Positions 16,815-26,578 of a DNA stretch of 53,635 nt are shown here, piece by piece; position 1 is the stretch's first letter; the number at the start of each line of letters is the position of its first letter. Made by a program: the position numbers and the translations under genes. The stretch comes from a virus. The stretch lies in UHGV virus genome UHGV-1680239, one strand, 5' to 3'. The notes under the pieces are model-generated. The model worked only from the letters and a program-made list of their open reading frames with translations, was not told the DNA's origin and ran no database searches.

Positions 16815-17195
16815 AGACTTTATGGCCTCAACAACCTTTTGTGATGCGCCTTTCTCTTTACCGAATCGCTCGTTATATGCAGCAAGAACCTGTTTTTCGT
16901 CCTCGTTAAGAGGAGCAGTGCCTTCTTTGTATAAAAATGCTGCGAGTTCGGGTTGGCGTTCTTCCAGCACCATCATCATAAGACGACTTGGCTCAATACC
17001 CAGTGCCAGCGCCAGCGGACGAACCTTATCGATAGGCAAAGGAATTTTGCCGCTTTTAATTAAAGAAAGGTTGTTGGCGTTTTTATACCCAATTGTTTTG
17101 GCTATCTGGGCCTGGCTCATAGGTGAGGATTCAATCAACCCTGCGATAAAAGCAGCGTAGCGACTTTCTATAAATTCAATCTTGTTATCAGACAT
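16809..17195 (-). CDS. XRE-family helix-turn-helix transcriptional regulator (repressor-like)
   Basis: N-terminal HTH SQAQIAKTIGYKNANNLSLIKSGK; convergent with and overlapping the recombinase 3' end; divergent from a small ORF. Confidence 0.75.
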   Translation of the reverse strand: MSDNKIEFIESRYAAFIAGLIESSPMSQAQIAKTIGYKNANNLSLIKSGKIPLPIDKVRPLALALGIEPSRLMMMVLEERQPELAAFLYKEGTAPLNEDEKQVLAAYNERFGKEKGASQKVVEAIKSL

Positions 17196-17446
17196 GGTTA
17201 CAACCTTTGCGCGTTCAATTCTCTCTGGTAAGTGCTTACTGATATTACATCAAAGGTTAGGGTTGTAAAGCTATTATCATTTTTTTCGATAGGCACTTAA
17301 AAGACCGGTTAAAGGCCATTGCACGGAGAAAAATTAGCCCAAAATAGGTAAGAAAATCAACTTGCATATGATATGAATGTATTCAGTATTGATACAAATT
17401 TTAGTAGTATTCCTTACCATAGTATAAGTTAGAATGGATTGATTGA

Positions 17447-17659
17447 ATGAAAACCACTATTTCCAGCCTAATCGCTCTTGAGATCGGACACGTACAGAAA
17501 TTAGCTGATGAGTGTGTAGCTGACATCCTCACTGATCTACCGAATGAGCAGATTCAGGTTGGTGTGAATGACACAACTGGCTTTATATTCGAACTTAACA
17601 ACAAACGCTTCACGCTTCTCAATACCGGCTCCGGGTCTTTAGCCGTCAGAATCTGTTAA
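17447..17659 (+). CDS. small hypothetical protein divergent from the XRE regulator
   Basis: 70-aa ORF followed by a 9-bp-stem hairpin (17672-17704). Confidence 0.35.
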   Translation: MKTTISSLIALEIGHVQKLADECVADILTDLPNEQIQVGVNDTTGFIFELNNKRFTLLNTGSGSLAVRIC

Positions 17660-17757
17660 CCCCTCTTCTCCCTGCGCGAATGGCTTAGTTCCCTGTTCGC
17701 GCAGTGCTACATTAAACAAACTAGTAAATAATTTGTTTTCATAACAAAGGATTAGCC

Positions 17758-19866
17758 ATGTCTAAAAAACGTTCCATCAAAGAGGTTCAGGACTTCCGTG
17801 ACAGTGTAAAACGAGTAGTCGCTCTCCTTTCAGGTAAAAACATCCCTGTTGCAGAACGAGGGGACGACGCTTATGTACGCTATAACGATGATGGAGAGCC
17901 AATTCTCGTAAACATCCCATCAATCCCGGATAACGCAACACCGGCATTGATGAATGCTGTGCGCGGATTTCTCGATCATGAGGTTGCTCACATTTTGTTT
18001 ACCGATATTCGTGTGTCCAACAAAATGAGAGAAAAAGGACGCGTTCCTTCCTGGTCGCTATGGAATGCCTTAGAAGACGTGTTCATCGAGCGAAAAATGG
18101 GTCAGGTCTTTAACGGAACAAGACGTAATCTGATGGCAACTCAGCGCCTTATAATCGAAAAAGTCTTTAAACCAAAGGCTTCAGAGGCTATTGCTTATTG
18201 TGGCAAAGATCAGCGCGCGCTTTTTCTAAACTTCTTTCTCTGTCCGGTTGTAAGAGCCTGGGATGGCCAAGCACCGTTCGTAGATTTCATGGATGAATAT
18301 TGGCCTGTCATTGAGAAACCAATTTCATTATTAAAAGAACATGGTATCGATGTGGCCGTGCGTAACATGTCTTGCACCGAGGATTGTGTAAAGGTGGCTG
18401 CAACCATAGCTAAGATCCTCAAAGACACTGAAAGTGAAAGCAAAGGTAAGGAGTCAGCTCCGGGAAAAACTTCCGATCCTTCAGACGCTGACCAGACGGA
18501 TGCCTCTGGAGAAAATAATGAAGATAACGAAGATCATGAGACATCCTCAGCGTTAGATAATCACAAATCTATCAAACCAGAATCACACAGTAAGCACAAA
18601 CATGATAATAACGACAGTGATGATTCAGATAATTCTGAATCATCAGAGACAATATTCAATGATACAGAAAATGATAAAGAGGTATCAGATTCTGGTGCTT
18701 CTGATAACGCGGCGTCAGAATCATTTACCACTGACCACGAAAAAAGAAAATCGACAGAAGACGGCTCTTCAGACATACCAACTCCGTCAAAAATGAGTCT
18801 GGAAGAGGCTTTAGAGGAGTTGGATAGCATGGAAGATGAAGTCGGAGGCATGACAGAAGATGCGCTATCCGAAACGATTAAAAGCGAGTTAACAGAAAGC
18901 TCGAAAAGCGAATACAGGCCATACAATCGCTCATACGACTTCATCGGCTCGATTGATCAGGCAGAAGCCCATATCAAACGGCTTATTAAAACATTCTCCG
19001 ATATTGATTTAGGTGGATATCCAATCAGCCGTTATCGCATCGTTCCTGAAGGCAACCAACTCTTCGACAAATATATTGAAAAGCACCTTTCGTCAGGTGT
19101 TTCGTCGACGCTGGCAAAAGACCTGGAACGTGCAATAGCAAGCAGAAACAGAGTTCAGTTTATACCTGGCCAGCGTCGGGGGCGCATTCATGGTTCAAGT
19201 ATCTACAGATTAACAATGAATGATGATCGCGTGTTTCGTAAAAAAGAAGAATCTAAAGCCGTTAACGCCTGTGTTCAACAAGTGATTGATTTATCTGGTT
19301 CAATGAGTGGCGAAACGATAAAACTAGCTCTTGCAAGTGCATATACCATCGCCGATGCACTTGATCGAATAAATGTTCCCAACATTATCACCGGCTTCAC
19401 TACATTTGGCAGTCATATGGCAGCAGGAGAACTTAAGGCTATCAAATATGAGTTCTCTCGCTTTGAATCTTTAATGCTACCTATCATCAAAAATTGGAAT
19501 GAAAAAGCAAATTCTCGCGAAGTTCGCTCACGTATGGGGTGCGTAGGCTACACATTCCCACTTCTTAATAACGTGGATGGTGAAAGCATAGCCAGCCTTG
19601 CATCGTTATTTTCCGGTCGCATGGAGGACAGGAAGATCATGCTTGTTCTGAGCGATGGCGAGCCGTGGGCTGTTGGGAGAGGTTTTGACGCTCATTTGCG
19701 TTCGGTTGCGAAGCAAATTGAAACGCAGACTGACATTGATTTGATGGCAATTGGCATCATGACTGACGCACCGGAGAGATTTTACTCAAATCATGCCCTG
19801 GTAACGAGCGTTGATAGTCTTGGTTCATCTGTAGTTACTGAACTATCTCGTATCATTTTGAAGTAA
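17758..19866 (+). CDS. CobT-like von Willebrand factor A (vWA) domain protein with long acidic Ser/Asp/Glu-rich linker
   Basis: MIDAS motif DLSGSMSG in the C-terminal domain; low-complexity acidic region over about 18420-18900; followed by an AAA+ ATPase gene. Confidence 0.65.
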   Translation: MSKKRSIKEVQDFRDSVKRVVALLSGKNIPVAERGDDAYVRYNDDGEPILVNIPSIPDNATPALMNAVRGFLDHEVAHILFTDIRVSNKMREKGRVPSWSLWNALEDVFIERKMGQVFNGTRRNLMATQRLIIEKVFKPKASEAIAYCGKDQRALFLNFFLCPVVRAWDGQAPFVDFMDEYWPVIEKPISLLKEHGIDVAVRNMSCTEDCVKVAATIAKILKDTESESKGKESAPGKTSDPSDADQTDASGENNEDNEDHETSSALDNHKSIKPESHSKHKHDNNDSDDSDNSESSETIFNDTENDKEVSDSGASDNAASESFTTDHEKRKSTEDGSSDIPTPSKMSLEEALEELDSMEDEVGGMTEDALSETIKSELTESSKSEYRPYNRSYDFIGSIDQAEAHIKRLIKTFSDIDLGGYPISRYRIVPEGNQLFDKYIEKHLSSGVSSTLAKDLERAIASRNRVQFIPGQRRGRIHGSSIYRLTMNDDRVFRKKEESKAVNACVQQVIDLSGSMSGETIKLALASAYTIADALDRINVPNIITGFTTFGSHMAAGELKAIKYEFSRFESLMLPIIKNWNEKANSREVRSRMGCVGYTFPLLNNVDGESIASLASLFSGRMEDRKIMLVLSDGEPWAVGRGFDAHLRSVAKQIETQTDIDLMAIGIMTDAPERFYSNHALVTSVDSLGSSVVTELSRIILK

Positions 19867-19961
19867 TTAAAACAGCCTTAATGATAAGTAACTACTTACC
19901 ATAGTTAATGGTATATTTATATAAGAACTTGAACGCTCATTAGAGAACAAAGGAAAAGCGC

Positions 19962-21197
19962 ATGACTACTACTGCACTGCAAAATGATAAAAATCCTTCT
20001 GATTACCTTGTTTGCAAGTGGTGCGGCAAATCATTTCACTATTTTAAGTCCCATGTAGCCAATGGTAATTGCGAGGGCATTCCTGAGTCAGTAAAAGATG
20101 CCGATCCTGACACCGTACTGAAAATGTACACAACGCAGTTTCCAGATGAGCCAACGCTATCGAAAAAGGCACTTGATGCAATTCAAGCTAAACGTGCCGA
20201 GCAAAAAAGCGAAATGGCCAAATCTTCTGGCTTGACCAGTAACCCTGGCTACACAGGCACAGTTGAGTACAAGACAGATCTGGTCGCAGCTCACGAACTG
20301 CTAAACGTAACGGTGGAAGAACTCGGAACAAAACGTGGGACGCCGCTCATGGTTAGCGTCAACGTCAATACGCCGTATCCAGAGTTCGTTCCCGAAGTGA
20401 AGAAAGGCTACGTATATGGCGACTTCGAACTGATCAAAGATATTTTCATGATGCTTGAACTTGGCATACCTGGCTATTTGTGGGGTCATGCAGGAACAGG
20501 CAAATCGTCATTGCCTACACAGCTATGTGCTTTGCTCAATCGTCCGTTGATCCGTGCCCAACATACAGCATCAATGGAAGAGGCACATGTTACGGGGCAA
20601 ATTCTGGCGCGTGATGGCTCTACGTATTTCGAACCTGGCTTGCTTGCGCTCGCAATGAAGCATGGCTGGGTTTACCTCGCGGATGAATACGACTTTGCGT
20701 TTCCACAAATTCTTGGCGTGTATCAGCCAGTGCTGGAAGGTGAGGCGTTGGTCATCAAAGAGGCAACTCCAGAATGGCGTCGCATTACTCCGCATGAACG
20801 GTTTGCTTTCATTGGCACTGGCAACACAAACGGTTCTGGTGATGAAACCGGCTTGTACCAGGGTACAAACATCCAGAACGCCGCGAACTTTTCGCGTTTT
20901 GGCATCGTTTCAAATGTGAAATACATGAGCAAAGAGGCAGAGATCAACATGTTGATAAATGCCGGCATCGTGGATGAATACGCTGAAAAGATGGTTAAGT
21001 TTGCCGGTATCGTTCGCGATGGTTACGAAGAACACAACATCAGCCAACCGATTGGGCCTCGTGAGCTTTTGTTGTCGGCCAAGATTGGAATGATGCGAGG
21101 CGACTTTGTGACAGGTATTGAGCGTTCTTTCATTAACAAACTCCCTTCAGCTTCTGCACAAGCAGCTCGTGAAGTTGTTCAAAAAATATTTGGTTAA
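19962..21197 (+). CDS. CobS/MoxR-like AAA+ ATPase with N-terminal Cys-rich extension
   Basis: Walker A GHAGTGKSS, Walker B-like WVYLADEYD; partner of the upstream vWA protein. Confidence 0.7.
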   Translation: MTTTALQNDKNPSDYLVCKWCGKSFHYFKSHVANGNCEGIPESVKDADPDTVLKMYTTQFPDEPTLSKKALDAIQAKRAEQKSEMAKSSGLTSNPGYTGTVEYKTDLVAAHELLNVTVEELGTKRGTPLMVSVNVNTPYPEFVPEVKKGYVYGDFELIKDIFMMLELGIPGYLWGHAGTGKSSLPTQLCALLNRPLIRAQHTASMEEAHVTGQILARDGSTYFEPGLLALAMKHGWVYLADEYDFAFPQILGVYQPVLEGEALVIKEATPEWRRITPHERFAFIGTGNTNGSGDETGLYQGTNIQNAANFSRFGIVSNVKYMSKEAEINMLINAGIVDEYAEKMVKFAGIVRDGYEEHNISQPIGPRELLLSAKIGMMRGDFVTGIERSFINKLPSASAQAAREVVQKIFG

Positions 21198-21377
21198 TCG
21201 TGCGTAAAGGATGTTTCGGCTCTCTTATCGCTGCTTCTGAAACTGGTAAGGCTTGTCTGGTGTGTCCAGACAAGCCCGATTGTCACCAATCAGCAAAAGA
21301 AGTTGCGATTTCGATGCATGGGAAGTTTGTAGGCTTCCCCAATGACAAAATCCAAAAAACCAGAAAGGTAAAAACAC

Positions 21378-24300
21378 ATGAAGGCACTGATGGTTCGAAC
21401 TGACTTCTCACTTGGGGAGTCGGCTCTAAAAGCAGAAAACGCGGTGAAGATTGCCAGAGAAGCTGGCTACACCGCTGTAATTTCAGCAGATAGCATGAAT
21501 ATTGCGAGTGTTATTCCACTACAACGTGCCGCTGGTGACGACATGGCGGTTATTTGTGGTGTGAAACTAAACATTGTTGATGATCCCACATACGAGCACC
21601 GGGCTAAACTTGCTAAAGAATCTATGAGATGTATGGAATCATTAGAGCGGGGACGTAACTACTCGTTTACCGCTCTAATTAAAAATGAGCAAGGATATCG
21701 CGACATCTGCGAACTAATGACGGTGGCCAACACACGAGAACAGTTCTACTTTGTACCGCGTCTCTCGCTCGAACAGTTGGTTTCTACATATGCCAAAGGC
21801 AACATCATCCTGCTCACTTCCGACATCGGTAGCGTGTTCCAACGCAACGATTTTGCAAAAATCATAAGCTCACTGATTACAGCGGGCGGGAAAGACAACT
21901 TCTATAGCGTGGTTTATCCGCACCCTACCCCATTCTACGACCAGATTAACGTCCGGGCGATGAAAGTAGCCAGCGCACTGAAAATAGAGCCAGTAGCGTT
22001 TTATCCCGCTTATTACGAATCGATCGACGATGCTGACATTAAAGACATTGCGCACATGGTTACGAACAACATCAAAATCGACCAGCCGCATCGTCTGCGT
22101 ATCCCCCACCAGCGAGATAACGCCATCAATGGTCGTCGCCATCTCCTTGAGGCGCTTAAAGCCTTCTCCGTTCGCATGGATGTGCCGGTAACAGCTGCAA
22201 TGGCCTCAACAACGCAGGACTCCATTATCGATGCCTGCACATGGCGCTGGCATGAATTGCCACCAGCACTGCCCAAGATGGCAGACGACGAACCTGCAAC
22301 GCTGATGAAACTGGCTGTTGAAGGGCTGCGTAAACGTCTTACCACAAAAGAGTTTGGATACACACCACCTGCTTCTGAGAACAGGGTTTATGTTGAGCGG
22401 CTAAAGTACGAAATGGACACGCTGACTCGCCTGGGATTTTGTGGTTACTTCCTGATGGTACGCGATCTGATGAATCACAGCCGTGAAACTGGCATTCCTG
22501 TCGGGCCTGGTCGTGGTTCCTCTGCCGGTTCTCTGGTGGCGTGGTGCATAGGCATAACCAACGTCGACCCAATCCGTCACGGTCTTCTGTTTGAGCGTTT
22601 CATCAACCCTGAGCGTCTCGACTTGCCGGATGCGGACTTGGACTTCAGCCAGGCACGTCGCCATGAGGTGATCGAGTATCTGAATGAACGCTACGGCGAA
22701 GATTACGTTGCAGGCATTCCGAACTTCACCTATCTGGGCGCGGCATCTGCGCTGCGTGACACTGCACGTATTTACGGTGTCGATGCTGCGGATATGGCGG
22801 TATCCAAAGAGTTCAAGAATATGGAGGACGACAGCCTGTCTCTGGAAGAGCTGCGCGAACAACTGGCAAGTCTCGACAAATACGCAACAAAATATCCTGA
22901 TGCATTCAATGCAGCCTGCAAGTTACAAAGCCTTATGCGTGGCTTTGGTAGACATGCGGCAGGGATGATCGTAGCAGGTGTTCCTCTGACAGAACGTACA
23001 CCGGTTGAGCGCCGTGGTGACGCGCGTTGTATCGCATTTGACAAGCGTTACTGCGAGGCTATGGGCCTAATTAAGCTGGACGTGCTTGGCCTGGCAACTC
23101 TCGATTTGCTCGATAGTGCAAAACGCTACATAAAAGAGAACACAGGTGAAGATATCAATCTTGATGCCATTTCTCTTGAAGATCGCAAGGTGCTGGATGG
23201 TTTTGCTGCTGGGTACACTCAAGGTGTTTTCCAGCTTGAATCAGGCCCAATGCGCAAGCTGCTTAAAGATTTAGGTGGTGGAATTGAGCCAATGAGCTTT
23301 AAAACGGTCGTCGCTACAACTGCGCTCTTCCGGCCGGGGCCAATTCAATCAGGCATGTTGGATGACTATGTTTCTGTCGCCAAAGGCTTTATGACGCCGG
23401 AATCATTACACCCCGTTCTTGATGAACTTACCGCGGAAACAAATGGCGTGATTCTCTATCAGGAACAGACGATGAACGCGACTCGATTGCTTGCCGGCTT
23501 CACAATGGCTGAAGCTGACGCTGTGCGTTCCGCAATCGGTAAGAAGAACATGGAAAAAATGAAGAGCATGGGCGAGAAGTTCATCGTTCAGGCTCAAGCT
23601 GGCTGGATAGACGTTGAGCTGGAAGATGGCACTACACAGCGCATTCACCGTGCGGAACATTTTAAATGCGAAGACGGAACTCTGAAAACTGTCGAAGAGG
23701 CGTTGGAGCATGGAGTGAAGCTGCCAATGCCAGTTGTGCGCGTTACAACGTCACATCCAGGTCTGTCTGAGACGAAGGCAAAAGAGATATGGACTGCATT
23801 TGAGAAAAACGGAGCCTATCAGTTCAATAAATCACACTCCGTTGCTTATTCTTTAATCAGTTATCAGTCTATGTGGCTAAAGACGCACTACCCTGCTGAG
23901 TTCTTCGCAGCTGCGCTCACCATTCTGGGCGAGGATAAGCATCAGGGGCTGGTGAAGGATGCGCTGACCTATGGCATTCGCGTATTGCCACCAGACGTTA
24001 ATGTGTCATCTAACCGAATTGAGATCCGCACACTCGAAGACGGCAGTCAGGCACTGTATGCGCCATTCTCTGCTGTGAAAGGCTGTTCTGAAAATGGTTG
24101 TCAGGCAATTATGCGTGCGCGTGAGAAAGTTGGTGGCAAATTCGAGTCAGTGGCACAATTCGATGAAGCGGTCGAGAAGCGTGCATGTAACAGTCGTGTA
24201 CGCGAGTCGCTTCATAAAGTAGGGGCTTTTGCGTCAATTGAGCCAGGCAGTCTGCCAGCAACTGATCCTGAACGACTGCGCGACCAGGCTGAGCTGATGG

Positions 24301-24896
24301 GCAATCTCATCATTGACGCTGTTAAAGCATCACGTCCGTTCGAAATGAATCCTAAGCGTTCTGCCGAAATCAACGTACTCATGACACGTATGGCGGCTGA
24401 AATGGGCTTGGGTGAGGAGTTGATACGCCCGACTATTGGTATTAAACCCAAAATCATGATCATTCTGGACAATGCGAACGGCAATGACGCTCGTACCGGC
24501 TACTTCATGGAGAACGGATACGACGACTTTAAGGCAAAACTACTGACAGTTGGAGATCTGCGCATGGGCGATCTTTATGTCACGGGTGTTTGTAAGAAGG
24601 TTAAGGACAAAGAAAAAGACTACACCAAAGACGAGATCGGCCAGTTCACCGACTTTATGCGTGAAGAGATCAATCTGGTGCGTCCAACCTACATTTTGAC
24701 GTGTGGTAGTCGTTCAACCGCACTATTTAACAATAAGAGTAAACCATCAGATCTGATTGGTCGTAAGGAGTACTTCCCGGAGCTTGATGCAACCGTCTTC
24801 TACGGATTTAACCCGAATATCCTGTACTTCCGACCGGAAGAAGGAGAGCGACTGGAGGCCATTCTGGCTGATATCGCGGAGACGATAAATAAGTAA
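21378..24896 (+). CDS. dnaE: DNA polymerase III alpha-subunit-like replicative polymerase (DnaE-type, N-terminal PHP domain)
   Basis: 1172 aa; GPGRGSSAGSLVAWCIGIT and FNKSHSVAYSLISYQSMWLKTHYPAEF are hallmark DnaE segments; ATG in the conserved AAAAACACATG context. Confidence 0.9.
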   Translation: MKALMVRTDFSLGESALKAENAVKIAREAGYTAVISADSMNIASVIPLQRAAGDDMAVICGVKLNIVDDPTYEHRAKLAKESMRCMESLERGRNYSFTALIKNEQGYRDICELMTVANTREQFYFVPRLSLEQLVSTYAKGNIILLTSDIGSVFQRNDFAKIISSLITAGGKDNFYSVVYPHPTPFYDQINVRAMKVASALKIEPVAFYPAYYESIDDADIKDIAHMVTNNIKIDQPHRLRIPHQRDNAINGRRHLLEALKAFSVRMDVPVTAAMASTTQDSIIDACTWRWHELPPALPKMADDEPATLMKLAVEGLRKRLTTKEFGYTPPASENRVYVERLKYEMDTLTRLGFCGYFLMVRDLMNHSRETGIPVGPGRGSSAGSLVAWCIGITNVDPIRHGLLFERFINPERLDLPDADLDFSQARRHEVIEYLNERYGEDYVAGIPNFTYLGAASALRDTARIYGVDAADMAVSKEFKNMEDDSLSLEELREQLASLDKYATKYPDAFNAACKLQSLMRGFGRHAAGMIVAGVPLTERTPVERRGDARCIAFDKRYCEAMGLIKLDVLGLATLDLLDSAKRYIKENTGEDINLDAISLEDRKVLDGFAAGYTQGVFQLESGPMRKLLKDLGGGIEPMSFKTVVATTALFRPGPIQSGMLDDYVSVAKGFMTPESLHPVLDELTAETNGVILYQEQTMNATRLLAGFTMAEADAVRSAIGKKNMEKMKSMGEKFIVQAQAGWIDVELEDGTTQRIHRAEHFKCEDGTLKTVEEALEHGVKLPMPVVRVTTSHPGLSETKAKEIWTAFEKNGAYQFNKSHSVAYSLISYQSMWLKTHYPAEFFAAALTILGEDKHQGLVKDALTYGIRVLPPDVNVSSNRIEIRTLEDGSQALYAPFSAVKGCSENGCQAIMRAREKVGGKFESVAQFDEAVEKRACNSRVRESLHKVGAFASIEPGSLPATDPERLRDQAELMGNLIIDAVKASRPFEMNPKRSAEINVLMTRMAAEMGLGEELIRPTIGIKPKIMIILDNANGNDARTGYFMENGYDDFKAKLLTVGDLRMGDLYVTGVCKKVKDKEKDYTKDEIGQFTDFMREEINLVRPTYILTCGSRSTALFNNKSKPSDLIGRKEYFPELDATVFYGFNPNILYFRPEEGERLEAILADIAETINK

Positions 24897-24902
24897 TAAA
24901 GA

Positions 24903-24924
24903 AAACCCGCCAACTGGCGGGTTT
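24903..24924. terminator. bidirectional hairpin terminator
   Basis: AAACCCGCC-AACT-GGCGGGTTT between the dnaE stop and the minus-strand gene stop at 24927; T-run on the minus-strand side. Confidence 0.5.
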
Positions 24925-24926
24925 CA

Positions 24927-25490
24927 TTATGCGCATTTCGCAATATCCTTGCGGCGTTTAATCAGTTTCTCAGCAATTTGCTCTATTTCGTTGAAATCTT
25001 TCGAGACGCTGTTTCGAAGCGCCAGATTCCATTTACTCAAAGTTCGGGCATTTTGGACAATCTGATCGCCCTCTTTAAGTCGTCCGTTATCCATGAGCCA
25101 TTCAGCCACATCAGCCCAATCCCACAGAGGCGACTGGCCTTTTATGCGTTGTACAGGGCAAGGGAAGTCGCCGCTTCCGCGCTTACCGTCTTTGAGCAAC
25201 GCCACAGCCTGGCGAGACAGGTCTGTCAGTTCCGCGATATCGCTTAAGCCCACAAGAGCCGAGTCGACGGATTCAACAATTGCACCGATACCGGCTGATT
25301 CAATATTGTCGACCGCAGATGCGATAGCTGCATCAAGTGATTGTGCTTCGCGGTCAAATTCTACATAGACGGAGTTTCCATATGCGCAAATTAGCGCATC
25401 GTCACAGCCGTTTTGGTACAGCGCGTCTTCCAGTCCTTCCGTCTCATACGATACGCCTGAGAGCGTCAGAGTGAAGTTATAAAGCGCCAT
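24927..25490 (-). CDS. two-domain protein with C-terminal HTH-like region (candidate antitoxin/regulator; HicB-like is only a hypothesis)
   Basis: Internal ATG (MALYNF...) preferred over the track's TTG at 25526; lies 25-60 nt downstream of a 74-aa gene on the same strand. Confidence 0.4.
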   Translation of the reverse strand: MALYNFTLTLSGVSYETEGLEDALYQNGCDDALICAYGNSVYVEFDREAQSLDAAIASAVDNIESAGIGAIVESVDSALVGLSDIAELTDLSRQAVALLKDGKRGSGDFPCPVQRIKGQSPLWDWADVAEWLMDNGRLKEGDQIVQNARTLSKWNLALRNSVSKDFNEIEQIAEKLIKRRKDIAKCA

Positions 25491-25550
25491 AGTATTCCTT
25501 TGAAGATAGTTGGACAGTTTCTGCAAAAGGCGGCAATAGCCGCCTTGAAA

Positions 25551-25775
25551 TCATTTACAACGATCAACCATTCGTTTGATCTGTTTGGCATGGTTTTCGG
25601 GATTACCCGGAGTCGACCATACGCTCATTTGGTGAGTTTTGTGTTCACCTTCTGGATTACCGCATCTCAGTCTGCAAAAACAATGTGCAGCACCACCAGC
25701 TGCTACCCAGATCCAGCCTTTACTTAATGCATAGTCAATGGCTGCTTGAATATGCTTATTCGGATGTTGCTTCAT
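25551..25775 (-). CDS. small protein, HicA-like toxin candidate (weak)
   Basis: 74 aa; GW..G.AH ... SVWSTPGNPENHAKQIKRMV loosely resembles the YcfA/HicA pattern; upstream of the partner gene on the same strand. Confidence 0.35.
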   Translation of the reverse strand: MKQHPNKHIQAAIDYALSKGWIWVAAGGAAHCFCRLRCGNPEGEHKTHQMSVWSTPGNPENHAKQIKRMVDRCK

Positions 25776-26029
25776 TCGCCTCCGATAATAGTATTCTATT
25801 CACAGTGTTGACATCTGTCAACGGCGACTGAATTTCATCCGTTCATGCCATACCCCCATCCATCTCATGTATGTGACCTAAAGATGGTCAGCACAGCTTA
25901 CCAAAATAAGACAACTAATTATCTTCGGTGATCTCAATATTTTCCCCTGAACAAAGTTGACATGACGCCATAAACCCGTTCTCTGTTTGATATAATTGAT
26001 ACAGATTTTATAAGTAGGAACCTATTAGA

Positions 26030-26461
26030 GTGAACACTGATATTTTTTCTAAAATCATGGCCGATCTGGAGTTCGACCGCGACAACCTTGAGGAAGTATG
26101 GCGTAAACAGCCACGGCTTTTAATGGAGTATGGGTCAAAACTAGCGCAGGCAGATCGAGATGTCGCAGAGGCAAAACTTAACCTTGAAGCTGTTGAAGCA
26201 AAGCTATACGACACAGAGCGTAAGAACTTGAGTATGAACGGCATTAAGTTCAACGAGTCTGTACTGGACGCTAAGGTTAAAACAAACCCACAGTATCTGT
26301 CTAAACGGCAGAAGTTGGATGAAGCACGGCACATCGCAGACATATACAAACATGCTGTCGCCGCCTTTTCGCATCGCCGAGACATGATCGTTCAGGCGTC
26401 AAAGATGGCCATCGTTGAATTAGAGCGATTAGGCTCTGAACGCTTTATTACTCCCCGTTGA
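26030..26461 (+). CDS. hypothetical coiled-coil protein
   Basis: 143-aa ORF, GTG start, charged helical composition. Confidence 0.45.
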   Translation: MNTDIFSKIMADLEFDRDNLEEVWRKQPRLLMEYGSKLAQADRDVAEAKLNLEAVEAKLYDTERKNLSMNGIKFNESVLDAKVKTNPQYLSKRQKLDEARHIADIYKHAVAAFSHRRDMIVQASKMAIVELERLGSERFITPR

Positions 26462-26578
26462 TTTTTGATAGATAATAAGTAAGTACTGATCTATCATTTA
26501 ACAGCTCGAAAGAGCCACGAATGAACGAAAGCCCAACGCGCATAGCGCCATCGGCCAAATCACAACAAGGAGAAACAC

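Noticed and set aside
21200-21403. 67-aa Cys-containing ORF overlapping the dnaE start
   Set aside because: It overlaps dnaE by 26 nt and has no convincing RBS; it could be a real small zinc-ribbon protein, but the evidence is insufficient to call.
21870-24484. Several 77-153-aa minus-strand ORFs inside dnaE (e.g. 22401..22862, 22013..22363)
   Set aside because: Antisense shadow ORFs within a confidently identified 1172-aa polymerase gene; no independent signals.
25430-25570. Apparent single-base frame inconsistencies when hand-translating this stretch against the ORF track
   Set aside because: Flanking ORF boundaries agree exactly with the track, so I attribute this to my own reading error, not a real frameshift or pseudogene; hand-derived coordinates here may be off by 1 nt.
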